DNA of 60,710 nt, filler included. It is 3 parts of 3 records of this genome, joined end to end, with 100 filler letters (N's around TTAATTAATTAA, not from the genome) between each part and the next. Parts side by side here need not be neighbours in the genome. Positions count along the whole stretch, not along the records: positions 23,573 to 49,321 come from DRR378314_2544; 2 more parts are not named here. One strand, written 5' to 3'. The translations under genes and the position numbers were made by a program. The notes beneath the pieces are model-generated. The model made no database searches and had not been told where the DNA came from. It worked only from the letters and a program-made list of their open reading frames with translations. Shown in pieces: positions 30,227-39,770 of this stretch (within the stretch, counting starts at the first letter, position 1; every line of letters starts with the position of its first letter).

Positions 30227-32440
30227 ATGGCAGAAAAATCGAACTTCGACGTATTGTATACCATTGTAGACGAAGCGCCTGAATTGGCGAGCGCCTCGTT
30301 CCTGCCCATCATTCGCAAGTTTGCTTCGGCCGCTGGTATCAGTGTCGGAACCAAGGATATTTCGCTGGCTGGACGTATTATTGCGACCTTCCCCGAGAAC
30401 CTGACCGACGAACAGCGCATCACCGATGATCTGGCGGCACTGGGTGAGTTGGTGAAGACCCCGGATGCGAATGTCATCAAACTGCCCAATATCTCTGCCT
30501 CGGTTCCGCAGCTAGTGGCAGCCATCGAAGAGTTGCAGTCGCAGGGTTATGACATTCCGAACTACCCGGAGGAACCTGCGACCGACGAAGAAAAAGCGAT
30601 CCGGGCGCGGTATGACACGCTCAAGGGTTCAGCAGTGAACCCGGTCCTGCGCGAGGGCAACAGTGACCGTCGCGCAGCCCGTGCCGTGAAGAGCTATGCA
30701 CAGAAGAATCCGCATTCGATGGGTGAATGGAGCGCGGACAGCAAGACAAAAGTGTCTTCAATGTCGGGCAATGACTTCTACGCCAATGAGAAATCGGCGA
30801 CGATCACCGCTGCTCAGGCAGGGGATGCCAAGATTGAATTCGTCGGAAAGGACGGCAGCGTCACAGTTCTGAAAGATGGTTGGCCGCTGGTCGAAGGCAC
30901 CGTTGCGGATGCAACCTTCATGTCGGTCAAGGCGCTATCATCCTTCCTGGCGGAAGCCATCGAAGATACCAAAAACGACGGCACCATGTTCTCGCTGCAC
31001 CTGAAGGCGACAATGATGAAGGTCAGTGATCCAATCATCTTTGGCTATGCCGTCAAAGCATGGTTAGCCCCAGTGTTTGATAAATTTGGCGCGGAACTGG
31101 ACGCGCTGGGTGTAAACCCGAACTCTGGGCTTGGGGACTTACTTGAACGGGTTCAGAGCAATGCAGACATCGTAGCCGCAATCGACGCGATCAAAGGTGA
31201 TCGCCCTTCGATGTACATGGTGGACTCGGATCGCGGCATTACCAACCTGCATGTCCCGTCGGATGTGATCATCGACGCCTCGATGCCCGCCGTAATTCGC
31301 GCTGGCGGCAAAGGCTGGGATGAAACAGGAGCCAAAGGCGACGCAAACTGTGTGATCCCGGATCGCTGCTATGCATCGATTTATGATGAAGCGATAAACT
31401 TCTTTAAAGCCAATGGTGCGCTGAACCCAGCGACTGCTGGTGCCGTGGCAAATGTCGGCCTGATGGCACAGAAGGCCGAGGAGTACGGATCTCACCCCAC
31501 CACATTCCAGGCTCCAGCCGATGGAACCATTCGCATTGTTCTGGCAAACGGTGACGTGCTGCATTCTCACAACGTCGAAGCGGGGGATATCTGGCGGGCC
31601 TGCACCGTCAAGAAAGCGCCGATTGAGAACTGGATTCAGTTGGCGATGGACCGTCAACGTCTGACCGGTTCCGAAGCAATCTTTTGGCTGGATGCAAACC
31701 GTGCCCATGACGCCGAACTGATCAAATACGTCAAACCGGCGCTTGAAGCTGCGGGCGTTGCCGGCAATTTTCAGATCATGGCTCCGCGCGAAGCGACCCG
31801 CCAATCACTAGAGACCATAACGGCCGGAAAAGATAGCATCGCCATCACGGGCAACGTGCTGCGGGATTACCTGACCGACCTGTTCCCGATCCTAGAACTC
31901 GGAACATCGGCTAAGATGTTGTCGATCGTCAAGCTGATGAATGGTGGCGGATTGTTTGAAACCGGCGCGGGTGGTTCGGCGCCCAAGCACGTGCAGCAGC
32001 TGGTCGAAGAAAACCATCTGCGTTGGGACTCCATGGGTGAGTTCTGTGCGTTGGGTGAATCCCTGAACTTTGTCGCCGACAGCAAAGGCAATGCCAAAGC
32101 GGGTGTGCTGGGTGCTGCTGCCGAAGCCGCGACGCAGGGTATCTTGGACAACAACAAGTCGCCCAGTCGAAAGGTCGGCCAGCCAGACAACCGCGATAGC
32201 CACTATTGGTTCGCACGCTATTGGGCCGAGGCACTGGCTGCGCAATCCGATGATGCTGATCTTGCCGCCGAGTTTGCTCCGCTTGCGAAAGAGCTGGCAG
32301 AAAAGGAAGGACAGATTTTGGCAGAGTTGGCAGCGGCCCAAGGCGCGCCTGCAGACTTGGGCGGGTACTACCACACTGATTCTGCCAAAGCGGCAGCCGT
32401 GATGCGCCCGAGTGCGACGCTGAATGCGCTAATCGGCTAA
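30227..32440 (+). CDS. icd: Monomeric NADP-dependent isocitrate dehydrogenase
   Basis: 737 aa; [56 protein letters not shown]. Confidence 0.97.
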   Translation: MAEKSNFDVLYTIVDEAPELASASFLPIIRKFASAAGISVGTKDISLAGRIIATFPENLTDEQRITDDLAALGELVKTPDANVIKLPNISASVPQLVAAIEELQSQGYDIPNYPEEPATDEEKAIRARYDTLKGSAVNPVLREGNSDRRAARAVKSYAQKNPHSMGEWSADSKTKVSSMSGNDFYANEKSATITAAQAGDAKIEFVGKDGSVTVLKDGWPLVEGTVADATFMSVKALSSFLAEAIEDTKNDGTMFSLHLKATMMKVSDPIIFGYAVKAWLAPVFDKFGAELDALGVNPNSGLGDLLERVQSNADIVAAIDAIKGDRPSMYMVDSDRGITNLHVPSDVIIDASMPAVIRAGGKGWDETGAKGDANCVIPDRCYASIYDEAINFFKANGALNPATAGAVANVGLMAQKAEEYGSHPTTFQAPADGTIRIVLANGDVLHSHNVEAGDIWRACTVKKAPIENWIQLAMDRQRLTGSEAIFWLDANRAHDAELIKYVKPALEAAGVAGNFQIMAPREATRQSLETITAGKDSIAITGNVLRDYLTDLFPILELGTSAKMLSIVKLMNGGGLFETGAGGSAPKHVQQLVEENHLRWDSMGEFCALGESLNFVADSKGNAKAGVLGAAAEAATQGILDNNKSPSRKVGQPDNRDSHYWFARYWAEALAAQSDDADLAAEFAPLAKELAEKEGQILAELAAAQGAPADLGGYYHTDSAKAAAVMRPSATLNALIG

Positions 32441-32468
32441 GCCACGCCTTAGGAAAAACATAAAAAAG

Positions 32469-32496
32469 AAACCGGCCCCTTCGCGGGCCGGTTTTT
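32469..32496 (+). terminator. icd intrinsic terminator
   Basis: AAACCGGCCC-CTTCGC-GGGCCGGTTTTT. Confidence 0.85.
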
Positions 32497-32510
32497 CCAT
32501 TCTCAGAATT

Positions 32511-32640
32511 AGAAAAGGGCCGACCCCCATAGCCAGCCCCTTTCTGAGTGAGTGGTGGGGCTTACGCCTCACCGGTGCAGTTAAGTTTATCCTACGCTTA
32601 TTGCTCATGCTGAATATTGGGGGATTCCCGTAGGACAGCT
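32511..32640 (-). ncRNA. Candidate structured small RNA
   Basis: Three successive stem-loops; the last is a terminator-like stem whose G-U pairs work only on the minus strand. Confidence 0.35.
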
Positions 32641-32769
32641 GCTTTTTTTAACGTTTAGTAATAATTTTGAGCATTATGTATGCGCAAAAGAGCCCATACA
32701 TTGATCTAGAGGCCCGTGCGCCCAGGTCTGGTGGTGCGAGCCATCCAAGGTAGATTACGAAATTCAGAC

Positions 32770-32798
32770 AAAAAAAGACCGGTCCTGAGACCGGCCTT
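32770..32798 (-). terminator. Terminator closing the kinase/LysM transcription unit
   Basis: Minus strand AAGGCCGGTC-TCAG-GACCGGTCTTTTTTT. Confidence 0.8.
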
Positions 32799-32824
32799 GA
32801 GGAATGGTCGTATCGACCGAGGGA

Positions 32825-33931
32825 TTAGTTGGATGCTGCGTTCAGCTTTTCATTTTGTTCGCGCAGCGTGTCCGAAATAATGGCGTACCATTCGCCGGAT
32901 TCACGCATTTCTATAAGACCCTTATTCATCATCGCGATGTATTCACGCGCGAATGGATTGGTACGATGGGCGAGGAAACTCATCGACGACAAAGTAGATA
33001 CATACGGGTTCTCAACGATGTCAGCCGAGGTCAAACCCATGTCTTTCATGGTCGAGGCAAATAGATCAACTTCGAATGCCGCGACATCCGCAGTACCGGT
33101 CAAAACAGCATCAAGGCATTCACGAGCTGAATTTGGTTGGACTACGGTTGTGTTCTGTCGATTCAGCCCTTGTTCTTCAAGCACCACCATGCTCCAGCCT
33201 GCCATACGACAAACGGTTGAGCCTTCGAGGTCCGTGAAATCTGTCGCTTTTGCGTATTCGCTATCGGGCAGAGTAAAGAAACCACCGACGATATCGTATA
33301 CTGGAACGGAAGCAACAAACTGAGTGCAACGCGCTTCGGTTTCTGCAGACCACTCATACGAGCGGTTGGTACAATCAGGGACGGTCCAGGCGATCGAAAT
33401 ATCAAACGCGCCAAGTGGCAGGAGGGTATCCAGATGCGAGCTCCAGTCATCCACGAAGCTGACTGAATAGTCTCGGCTGTTGCCGGCACGCTGAAGGCTT
33501 GTTGTTGCCAGACGTGTCATGATACCGCCGCCAATCAGCGATTCAGTTGTAAACGGCTCCCATCCGTTTCCTGCAACCATCTTGATCGGTGGCGCATAAA
33601 CATTTGAGCGTTTGACGCTCGCCGCGCGCTTTTCTTCTGCTGCAATCAGTTCCTGCGCGCTCTGGCCGTTGGCCAGGCTGCCATCCTCACAGGGCAGGGC
33701 CAGGACCAGGCCAGTTTCAAGCGAGCCAGGGTTCGTGATCGCGTTGCGGTTCGCATTGAAGATCGGCTGATAATTCGAGGTGCCGTAGGCGGCGATGGCG
33801 ATGGTTGCCAGGGTGTCGCCATCCTGCACTGTATAGTTAGAGCAAGCCTCTTGCGCGGCGGCAGCGCCTGCGCTCAGGGCGGTGAGAGCTGATGCCGACA
33901 GCACTGCTTTCCTCAGTTTCTTGTTAATCAT
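32825..33931 (-). CDS. Periplasmic LysM + solute-binding (family 3-like) domain protein
   Basis: Signal peptide (AAA-QEAC); LysM YTVQDGDTLATIA; SBP-like GNGWEPFT...ECLDAVLTGTADVA...NKGLIEMRESGEW; GGAGG RBS 8 nt before the ATG at 33931. Confidence 0.8.
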   Translation of the reverse strand: MINKKLRKAVLSASALTALSAGAAAAQEACSNYTVQDGDTLATIAIAAYGTSNYQPIFNANRNAITNPGSLETGLVLALPCEDGSLANGQSAQELIAAEEKRAASVKRSNVYAPPIKMVAGNGWEPFTTESLIGGGIMTRLATTSLQRAGNSRDYSVSFVDDWSSHLDTLLPLGAFDISIAWTVPDCTNRSYEWSAETEARCTQFVASVPVYDIVGGFFTLPDSEYAKATDFTDLEGSTVCRMAGWSMVVLEEQGLNRQNTTVVQPNSARECLDAVLTGTADVAAFEVDLFASTMKDMGLTSADIVENPYVSTLSSMSFLAHRTNPFAREYIAMMNKGLIEMRESGEWYAIISDTLREQNEKLNAASN

Positions 33932-33975
33932 GTCCACTTCCTCCAGTGTTTTGTTTTGTCAGGCCAGCTGGGGCC

Positions 33976-35238
33976 TTAGCCATTTTCCATTTGATAGCGC
34001 AGGGCGGTCGAAACGATATCGCGCCACTCGCCAGATTGCTGCATGATCGCCAGACCCTGGTTCAGCGTTTCAAGAACTGCTTCCCCATCAGGACTGTCCT
34101 TGTGCGTCATGACGTTGAGCGATTTGATCGCCGCCAGGTTGGGGTTTTCGATGATCTGATGCTCGTAACCCAAGCGTCCGATTGCCTCGACGGCCAGATG
34201 CGCCTCGATCGCGGCGATATCGGCCGTGCCATCCATGACCGCGTGAAAGCAGTCATCTGGCGAAACAGGGCGCATCAGTGTGATAGCCGGTTCATACAGG
34301 CCAACCGCATCCATATGTGACAGCGACCATCCTTCCGGCCGACAGATCGTGGTGTCGGCGAAATCTGAGTAGGTCAGCGTCTGCTCGTAACCCGATCCGT
34401 CCTTTGCAAAAAACGTGTCTACGACCTCATAAAAAGGGTTTGAGAAGTTGTATGTTTCGCAACGGTTGCGATCGCTTTCAGACAGGCCCTCAGGCTCTTC
34501 GCAATTCGGGCGCGACCAAGGGAATGTTGCGTCAAAGGCTAGGGTCGGCATTAGCAGATCAAGATGCGAAGACCAGTCATTTACGAACTGGATTTTATAT
34601 GGTTGCTCGGGTGCCGCGCGCAGCATCGCTGTTTCGACGAGGTCCGTATAAAGCCCGCGATTTGGCAAAGCCTCATCTGTGAACGGCGCATAGTTGCCAC
34701 CCGTGATCATCAAGATTTGACGGTCACGAATTTCCAGTCGTTCACCACCAGTGGCATCACGGATCAGTGCCGCACCTTCGGCGCGGGCGGCTTCGATCTC
34801 TTTTCGAGCCTCTGCTTTTGCCGCAATCACCGCATCTTCGTTTGCCTTCAGGGCTTCTGCCTCGGCCGCTGCGACGCGGGCCTCAGCCTCGGCAATGGCT
34901 CTCTCGGCGCGCGCTTCGGCGGCCTTAACCAGCTCGGATGCCATTTCAGTCGCCATGCGACCAGCCTCGGTATCCGGTATCAGCGCTACGCGGCCGATAT
35001 CTTCAAGGCAAGGAAATGTTAAGATATCTCCTACACGAATGATATTCGGGTTCGAACCGATGACATCGCGATTTATATCGTAGATCAGCCGGTAGTCCTC
35101 AGTCGCGTAGACTGCGATTGCCAGCTCTCGCAGGCTGTCGCCGCGCTGAATCTCGTAGGTTGAACAGGCCTCTTGCGCCGAAGCCGCGCCTGTTGCAGCT
35201 GCAAGAGCCAGGCTGGATATGATAAGATGGGTTCTCAT
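33976..35238 (-). CDS. Periplasmic LysM + coiled-coil + solute-binding domain protein (paralogue)
   Basis: Signal peptide (ASA-QEAC); LysM YEIQRGDSLRELA; Ala/Glu-rich helical insert; GGNYAPFT...NQGLAIMQQSGEW. Confidence 0.8.
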   Translation of the reverse strand: MRTHLIISSLALAAATGAASAQEACSTYEIQRGDSLRELAIAVYATEDYRLIYDINRDVIGSNPNIIRVGDILTFPCLEDIGRVALIPDTEAGRMATEMASELVKAAEARAERAIAEAEARVAAAEAEALKANEDAVIAAKAEARKEIEAARAEGAALIRDATGGERLEIRDRQILMITGGNYAPFTDEALPNRGLYTDLVETAMLRAAPEQPYKIQFVNDWSSHLDLLMPTLAFDATFPWSRPNCEEPEGLSESDRNRCETYNFSNPFYEVVDTFFAKDGSGYEQTLTYSDFADTTICRPEGWSLSHMDAVGLYEPAITLMRPVSPDDCFHAVMDGTADIAAIEAHLAVEAIGRLGYEHQIIENPNLAAIKSLNVMTHKDSPDGEAVLETLNQGLAIMQQSGEWRDIVSTALRYQMENG

Positions 35239-35261
35239 TGTGTCCTGTTTCTCTGCCTTGT

Positions 35262-36041
35262 TCATGTCTTTGCCGGTTTCACGACAGCGATCGAAATGTT
35301 GTCCTGATCGGGATCAGCCTTGGCGTGCAGTGCTTGAAGAAGCGCGTCAGCAATATCGCGGGCCGGGGATTGATGATGGGTGCGCAGCAAAGTTTCGATC
35401 TCGGAATTGTCGAGATACTGCAGGCCATCGCTACCAAGGATCAGAATATCCGCCAAAACAAGCTCCAGTGGTTGTTCCGGACAATCCACTTTCGGGATCG
35501 CGGCACCCATAATGACCGAAGTCAGCTGATTGCGATCTGGATGCCTCTGCGCTTCATCTGCGCTCAGCAAACCCTGCTCCATCTGCGCGTCGATCATCGG
35601 GGCCATCGAATGATCCTCGTTGATCTGCGACAATGTATCGTCACGAAACAGGTACAACGGGCTGTCACCGATCGAGATCCAGAAGATCTGCTGATCCAGC
35701 ATCAGCATGCCCAGAAGGGTAGAGCCCAAGTTGACCTTGTTTTCCTCGCTATGGCTTCCCATCGCGGCGTTGGCCTGCATCGCGGCCATCGGCAGAGCGT
35801 CGAGCAGAGCGCTCTGGGCAAGGTCGGGCCCATCCAACTGGGCATCCATTGCGTCGCACCATGCAGAAATGACCAGCTGCGAAGCCACATCACCCGCATC
35901 ATGGCCTCCCATACCGTCGGCGACGACGACATATCCCGCGTCCGCAGCGTCAGAGACCCGTGCGGCAATCGCATCTTCCTGCGAGTCGCGCCGACCCTGA
36001 TGCAGGATCAGCGCAATATCATATGCAGGGGTTGCCAGCAT
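35262..36041 (-). CDS. PP2C/PPM-family Ser/Thr phosphatase
   Basis: GRRDSQED, VADGMGGH, GSTL, IGDS, DHS, SDGL, DNIS; start overlaps the FHA stop (TAATG). Confidence 0.93.
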   Translation of the reverse strand: MLATPAYDIALILHQGRRDSQEDAIAARVSDAADAGYVVVADGMGGHDAGDVASQLVISAWCDAMDAQLDGPDLAQSALLDALPMAAMQANAAMGSHSEENKVNLGSTLLGMLMLDQQIFWISIGDSPLYLFRDDTLSQINEDHSMAPMIDAQMEQGLLSADEAQRHPDRNQLTSVIMGAAIPKVDCPEQPLELVLADILILGSDGLQYLDNSEIETLLRTHHQSPARDIADALLQALHAKADPDQDNISIAVVKPAKT

Positions 36042-36991
36042 TAATCGGCATCCCGCCAGTCAAAACCATCATCGCAGAAGGACATGAAACGGATCGACGT
36101 TTCGCTGATGCGGATCAGGTCACCGTTTGACAGGGCGATGGTGCTCAGCACCGGTTTGCCATTCAGACGCACCAAGTTGGCTTTGCCGCCATGACCCAAA
36201 TAGCATTTCCGGTCCTCCGGATCATAAGCGATGACCGCATGGTTGCTGCGCGAGATTCCGGTATCGCCGAAATCCAGCTGAATCGCTTGATCGTCGTTTC
36301 GGCCAATCTGCATCAGCCCTTCGGTCAATGTAACCGCAGCGCCACGGCCCGGACCGGCGGTAACAACCAACCAGCCAACGGGGAAGGTCTGTTGCACAGC
36401 CTCTGCTTTTGCGACGGGTTCTGCGGTTTCGATCAATTCCTGAACGTGGGTGTCAGCCCTTTCAAAGCCCAAGAATGTGGTCTTCACGCGCGAGCGCCGG
36501 TCTTCCACGGGAGCGGCCGGAGCTGTAGGCTCTGGGATCTCCTCGACTATCGCAGGCTCTGGTTCCTGCGCAGGCTCTGCAACAATTTCTACCTCGGCCG
36601 GCGCTTCGGAGACTTCTTCAGGCTCTGTAGTCGCTATTTCAGCCACCGCGGCCAGTGTCTTTTCGTCGTCGTCTTCATCCTCAACATTCAAATGAAGCGT
36701 AACAATCTGCTCGTCTTCTTCTTCAGCTTCTTGTGCTTCAGACGCTTCTTCTTCAACGATCTGATCTTCTTCTTCGAACTCCGGCATAGGGCCTTCGGGG
36801 ATCAATTCGTCGGATTCTTCATAGCTGTCCGAACTCACATTGCCACCCGCTAATGCAGCACGCAGCGCATTAAAGTCGGCAATCGGTTCAGGCTTTTCGT
36901 CCTGTACCGCTCCGGTTTCTACCGCTTCATCTTCTTTCGGTTTGCCGGCACCTTCGAGAAGCCGGCTGAGAGGGCTTTTGTATTTGAACAT
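36041..36991 (-). CDS. FHA domain protein with long acidic disordered N-terminus
   Basis: PVGWLVV..GPGRG, IGR, ISRSNH, N motif (KANLVRLNG). Start reassigned to MFKYK (AAGAAGG RBS). Confidence 0.9.
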   Translation of the reverse strand: MFKYKSPLSRLLEGAGKPKEDEAVETGAVQDEKPEPIADFNALRAALAGGNVSSDSYEESDELIPEGPMPEFEEEDQIVEEEASEAQEAEEEDEQIVTLHLNVEDEDDDEKTLAAVAEIATTEPEEVSEAPAEVEIVAEPAQEPEPAIVEEIPEPTAPAAPVEDRRSRVKTTFLGFERADTHVQELIETAEPVAKAEAVQQTFPVGWLVVTAGPGRGAAVTLTEGLMQIGRNDDQAIQLDFGDTGISRSNHAVIAYDPEDRKCYLGHGGKANLVRLNGKPVLSTIALSNGDLIRISETSIRFMSFCDDGFDWRDAD

Positions 36992-37189
36992 GGTGACGAC
37001 ACCTTCTTTGATTTCTGGTGCGGGACTTACCGCACGGGTCTGCGACAAACCGCTGCCCAAAGGGCAGGGGCACTTATGAATAGGAAACAAGGAAACTCAT
37101 ACTTCGCGACGGGCCGGTTCCCGACGGGGCAACGATGTTGAGGTCGCCCCCAGTACACACACTGGCGATTTTCACTTAAACCGGTGTAA

Positions 37190-39430
37190 TTACTCCTGCG
37201 TTAGCTGCATAACCGCAGTGGCTTCGCCGCCATTGCGCAGTATGTTCAAGCGCGCCTGGGGCTGCTTATCCGAAACAAGTTTTGAGAGCGCGCCATCAAG
37301 GCTTTCCGGCTGATTAATCGCGGTACCAGTCTGTTCTTCGCGCAGCAGCACGTCACCGATCTGCAGGTCGCCCGCGCTGTTTTCCGGGATCGTTGCGACC
37401 ACGGTTTGCCAACCGGCATCTCCAGCATGATGAACATCGAAAGTGTATCCGTTCTGCAGTCCGAACACGCGATGAGCAGGCAGTGCCAGTAACCCGTTTT
37501 GCGCGCGTGTCTGCCCCAATTCACGATAGCGGGCTGCCACACGGATATAGCCATCCGGATCGACCGAGAAATCACTCAGAACCTGCGAGACCAAAGTTGC
37601 ATCCGGGCGGACCGGCTCGCCATTAAGCCTATAAATCGTTGTTCCACGCTTAACCCAATCGCCAATAATTGACATATCGAGATTTGCGTTGACACCATTG
37701 ATCGCAATGACGCTGCCCGTCGCGCTGCGACGCTTGGAGATGTCAAAGGGTACTTCGATATCCCAATGCCCAAAGGCCACCTGATTGCCGGCCAGATTTA
37801 CAGGTGCCGACGAGGGCGTAACTTCGACCTCGTAAACTGCATTTGCGGTCTCGTTCAGCGTGATCTGTGGCTGCAAAGCTTCGGGCTCAACGGAAGCCTC
37901 TGGTTGAGTATCAGCTGTTGCTGGCTCTTCTGACGCAACTTGTGCTTGCTCGACAGGTTCTTCCTGCGTCGTTTCTGTTTGTTTTTCCGGGTTCACCGCT
38001 GTTTCCGGTTCTGCCGCAACCACCTTGGGTTCTTCTTCCAATGCAATCTCAGCTTGTTGTGTCCCGTTGGCGGTTTCAGCGGTCTGCTCGACCGGTTCCG
38101 GTTCTGCATCTTGAGGTGCCTGCGTGATCGGAGCCTGTGCAGTAACCGTACTTGCCTCAGGCGCTGATTTGTCGCCCGACATAATCAAAAACCCACCCGC
38201 TGCGAGCGCCGCCAATACAACCACTGCACCGGCAATTGCCTTGCCGCTGCCACCTGAGCCGCTTTTGACAACGGTATCGACAGCGGCCACGGCTTCGTCC
38301 TTGGGGGCGAACTTGGCAAGATCGTTTTCGGGCTTTTCCTCATTTCCAAGGGCCAGATCGGTGTTCCCGGCTAACAGCGCGGTCACGACGGCCTCGGCAT
38401 TTTCGCTTTCGGCTTTGACCCGTTCTTTTTCTGCCTGCTCGTCCTTGCGGTCCATCCCAACGATCACTGAAACCGGACGGTACGCAAAGCTGTCAAACAT
38501 CACACCCGGACCACGGAACATGCGCAACCAATCCAACGCAGTTTGCAACCGGTCAGTGGTGTGAACCTCCATCGCCTTGTCAATCGCCTCAAGGAACCCG
38601 TCCGGGTACCCTTTGAAACGTCCTGCCAGCGGTGTATATGGATCAGGCTGATCATTGTTGAACGCGTTCAGACGCGTCTGACCATCGATCGGGCGCTCGC
38701 CACTTATGGCGTGATACAAAGTTGCGGCGAGTACATACAGGTCACTACTTGGTCCCTGATCCGCGCCACGCACATAGAACTCGTGCGGGGAATAGCCATC
38801 CTTGATCACCCGCAACGTCAACAGCGCAGCCGACTTGTTTGCCGCTTGTTCACGGGCTGCGCCGAAATCAATCAAGATTGGCTCACCATTCTCATCAATC
38901 AGAATATTGTCGGGCGAGATGTCGCGGTGCAGCATACCGCTTTGGTGTATGAACGACACCGCTGACAGCATCTTTTCAGTGACCTGAACAATGAAGTTCG
39001 GTCCGCTTTGGTTTTCAGGGTTTTCGACATAATCCAGCAGATCGCAACCGCGGATCAGGTCCATCGCGATATAGGCGGTGTTGTTGTCTTCGAACACCTG
39101 ATGCACGTCGACGATATTTGGGTGAACCAACCGCGCATGATTGCGGGCTTCCTGAATGAACAGATCGATAATCGAGCGCAGATCATCCTTGTGATCGGGG
39201 TTGGAAGGCTCGACCAGATCGCCGTTCCGCTGACACAGTGCGCCTGGATAGCATTCTTTAATAACCACATCACGGTCCAGGCTATCGCGGGCCAGATAGG
39301 TTATTCCAAACCCGCCATTGCTGAGAAACCGGAGGATCTCATACTGACCGCGCAAAAGCTTTGCGCCTGGCTGCAGTCCTTCAATCTGAGGTTCGTCGTG
39401 CGTTGCACCGACCGCCTGGTTGTGGCTCAT
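37190..39430 (-). CDS. Membrane Hanks-type Ser/Thr kinase with C-terminal PDZ-like domains
   Basis: GGFGITY, VVIKE, HRDISPDN, DFG, GYSPHE, SDLY; one TM helix (AIAGAVVVLAALAAGGFLIM); acidic linker; PDZ-like GDLQIGDVL...ILRNG. Confidence 0.92.
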   Translation of the reverse strand: MSHNQAVGATHDEPQIEGLQPGAKLLRGQYEILRFLSNGGFGITYLARDSLDRDVVIKECYPGALCQRNGDLVEPSNPDHKDDLRSIIDLFIQEARNHARLVHPNIVDVHQVFEDNNTAYIAMDLIRGCDLLDYVENPENQSGPNFIVQVTEKMLSAVSFIHQSGMLHRDISPDNILIDENGEPILIDFGAAREQAANKSAALLTLRVIKDGYSPHEFYVRGADQGPSSDLYVLAATLYHAISGERPIDGQTRLNAFNNDQPDPYTPLAGRFKGYPDGFLEAIDKAMEVHTTDRLQTALDWLRMFRGPGVMFDSFAYRPVSVIVGMDRKDEQAEKERVKAESENAEAVVTALLAGNTDLALGNEEKPENDLAKFAPKDEAVAAVDTVVKSGSGGSGKAIAGAVVVLAALAAGGFLIMSGDKSAPEASTVTAQAPITQAPQDAEPEPVEQTAETANGTQQAEIALEEEPKVVAAEPETAVNPEKQTETTQEEPVEQAQVASEEPATADTQPEASVEPEALQPQITLNETANAVYEVEVTPSSAPVNLAGNQVAFGHWDIEVPFDISKRRSATGSVIAINGVNANLDMSIIGDWVKRGTTIYRLNGEPVRPDATLVSQVLSDFSVDPDGYIRVAARYRELGQTRAQNGLLALPAHRVFGLQNGYTFDVHHAGDAGWQTVVATIPENSAGDLQIGDVLLREEQTGTAINQPESLDGALSKLVSDKQPQARLNILRNGGEATAVMQLTQE

Positions 39431-39770
39431 TTCTTCCCGCCCATTCTACTCGTTTTTCTGCGGCACAAATTACCAGGGCTTCAGCCCGCGAACTCACAAC
39501 CAAACACAACCGCAGGACACTTGAGACGGTTAGACGTTTCAAATTTGACTTTATTTGGGCCGCCTGATGGCTTCAGTATGGATCAGGAGAAGTCAAATCG
39601 CCTATATTGTATGACATGGACGCTACAATACCAGATGTTGTAATTTAGCGATGAGTTTATTGGATTCTATATCGCTGAAATAGACGCTTGGTCCACGGAT
39701 TCGAAACAATAGGGGCGTGATTCCAACCGCTTCGAATCGCTGCATTGCGGCTCAATTGTTGCGGGAAAAC

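Noticed and set aside
35262-39430. Kinase/FHA/PP2C as part of a type VI secretion locus
   Set aside because: No tss/hcp/vgrG/clpV genes in the contig, and the FHA domain is C-terminal, unlike T6SS Fha/TagH
39643-39681. Inverted repeat TTTAGCGAT...ATCGCTGAA between DLP-B2 and the kinase as a terminator
   Set aside because: Long loop and no U-tract; it cannot be called
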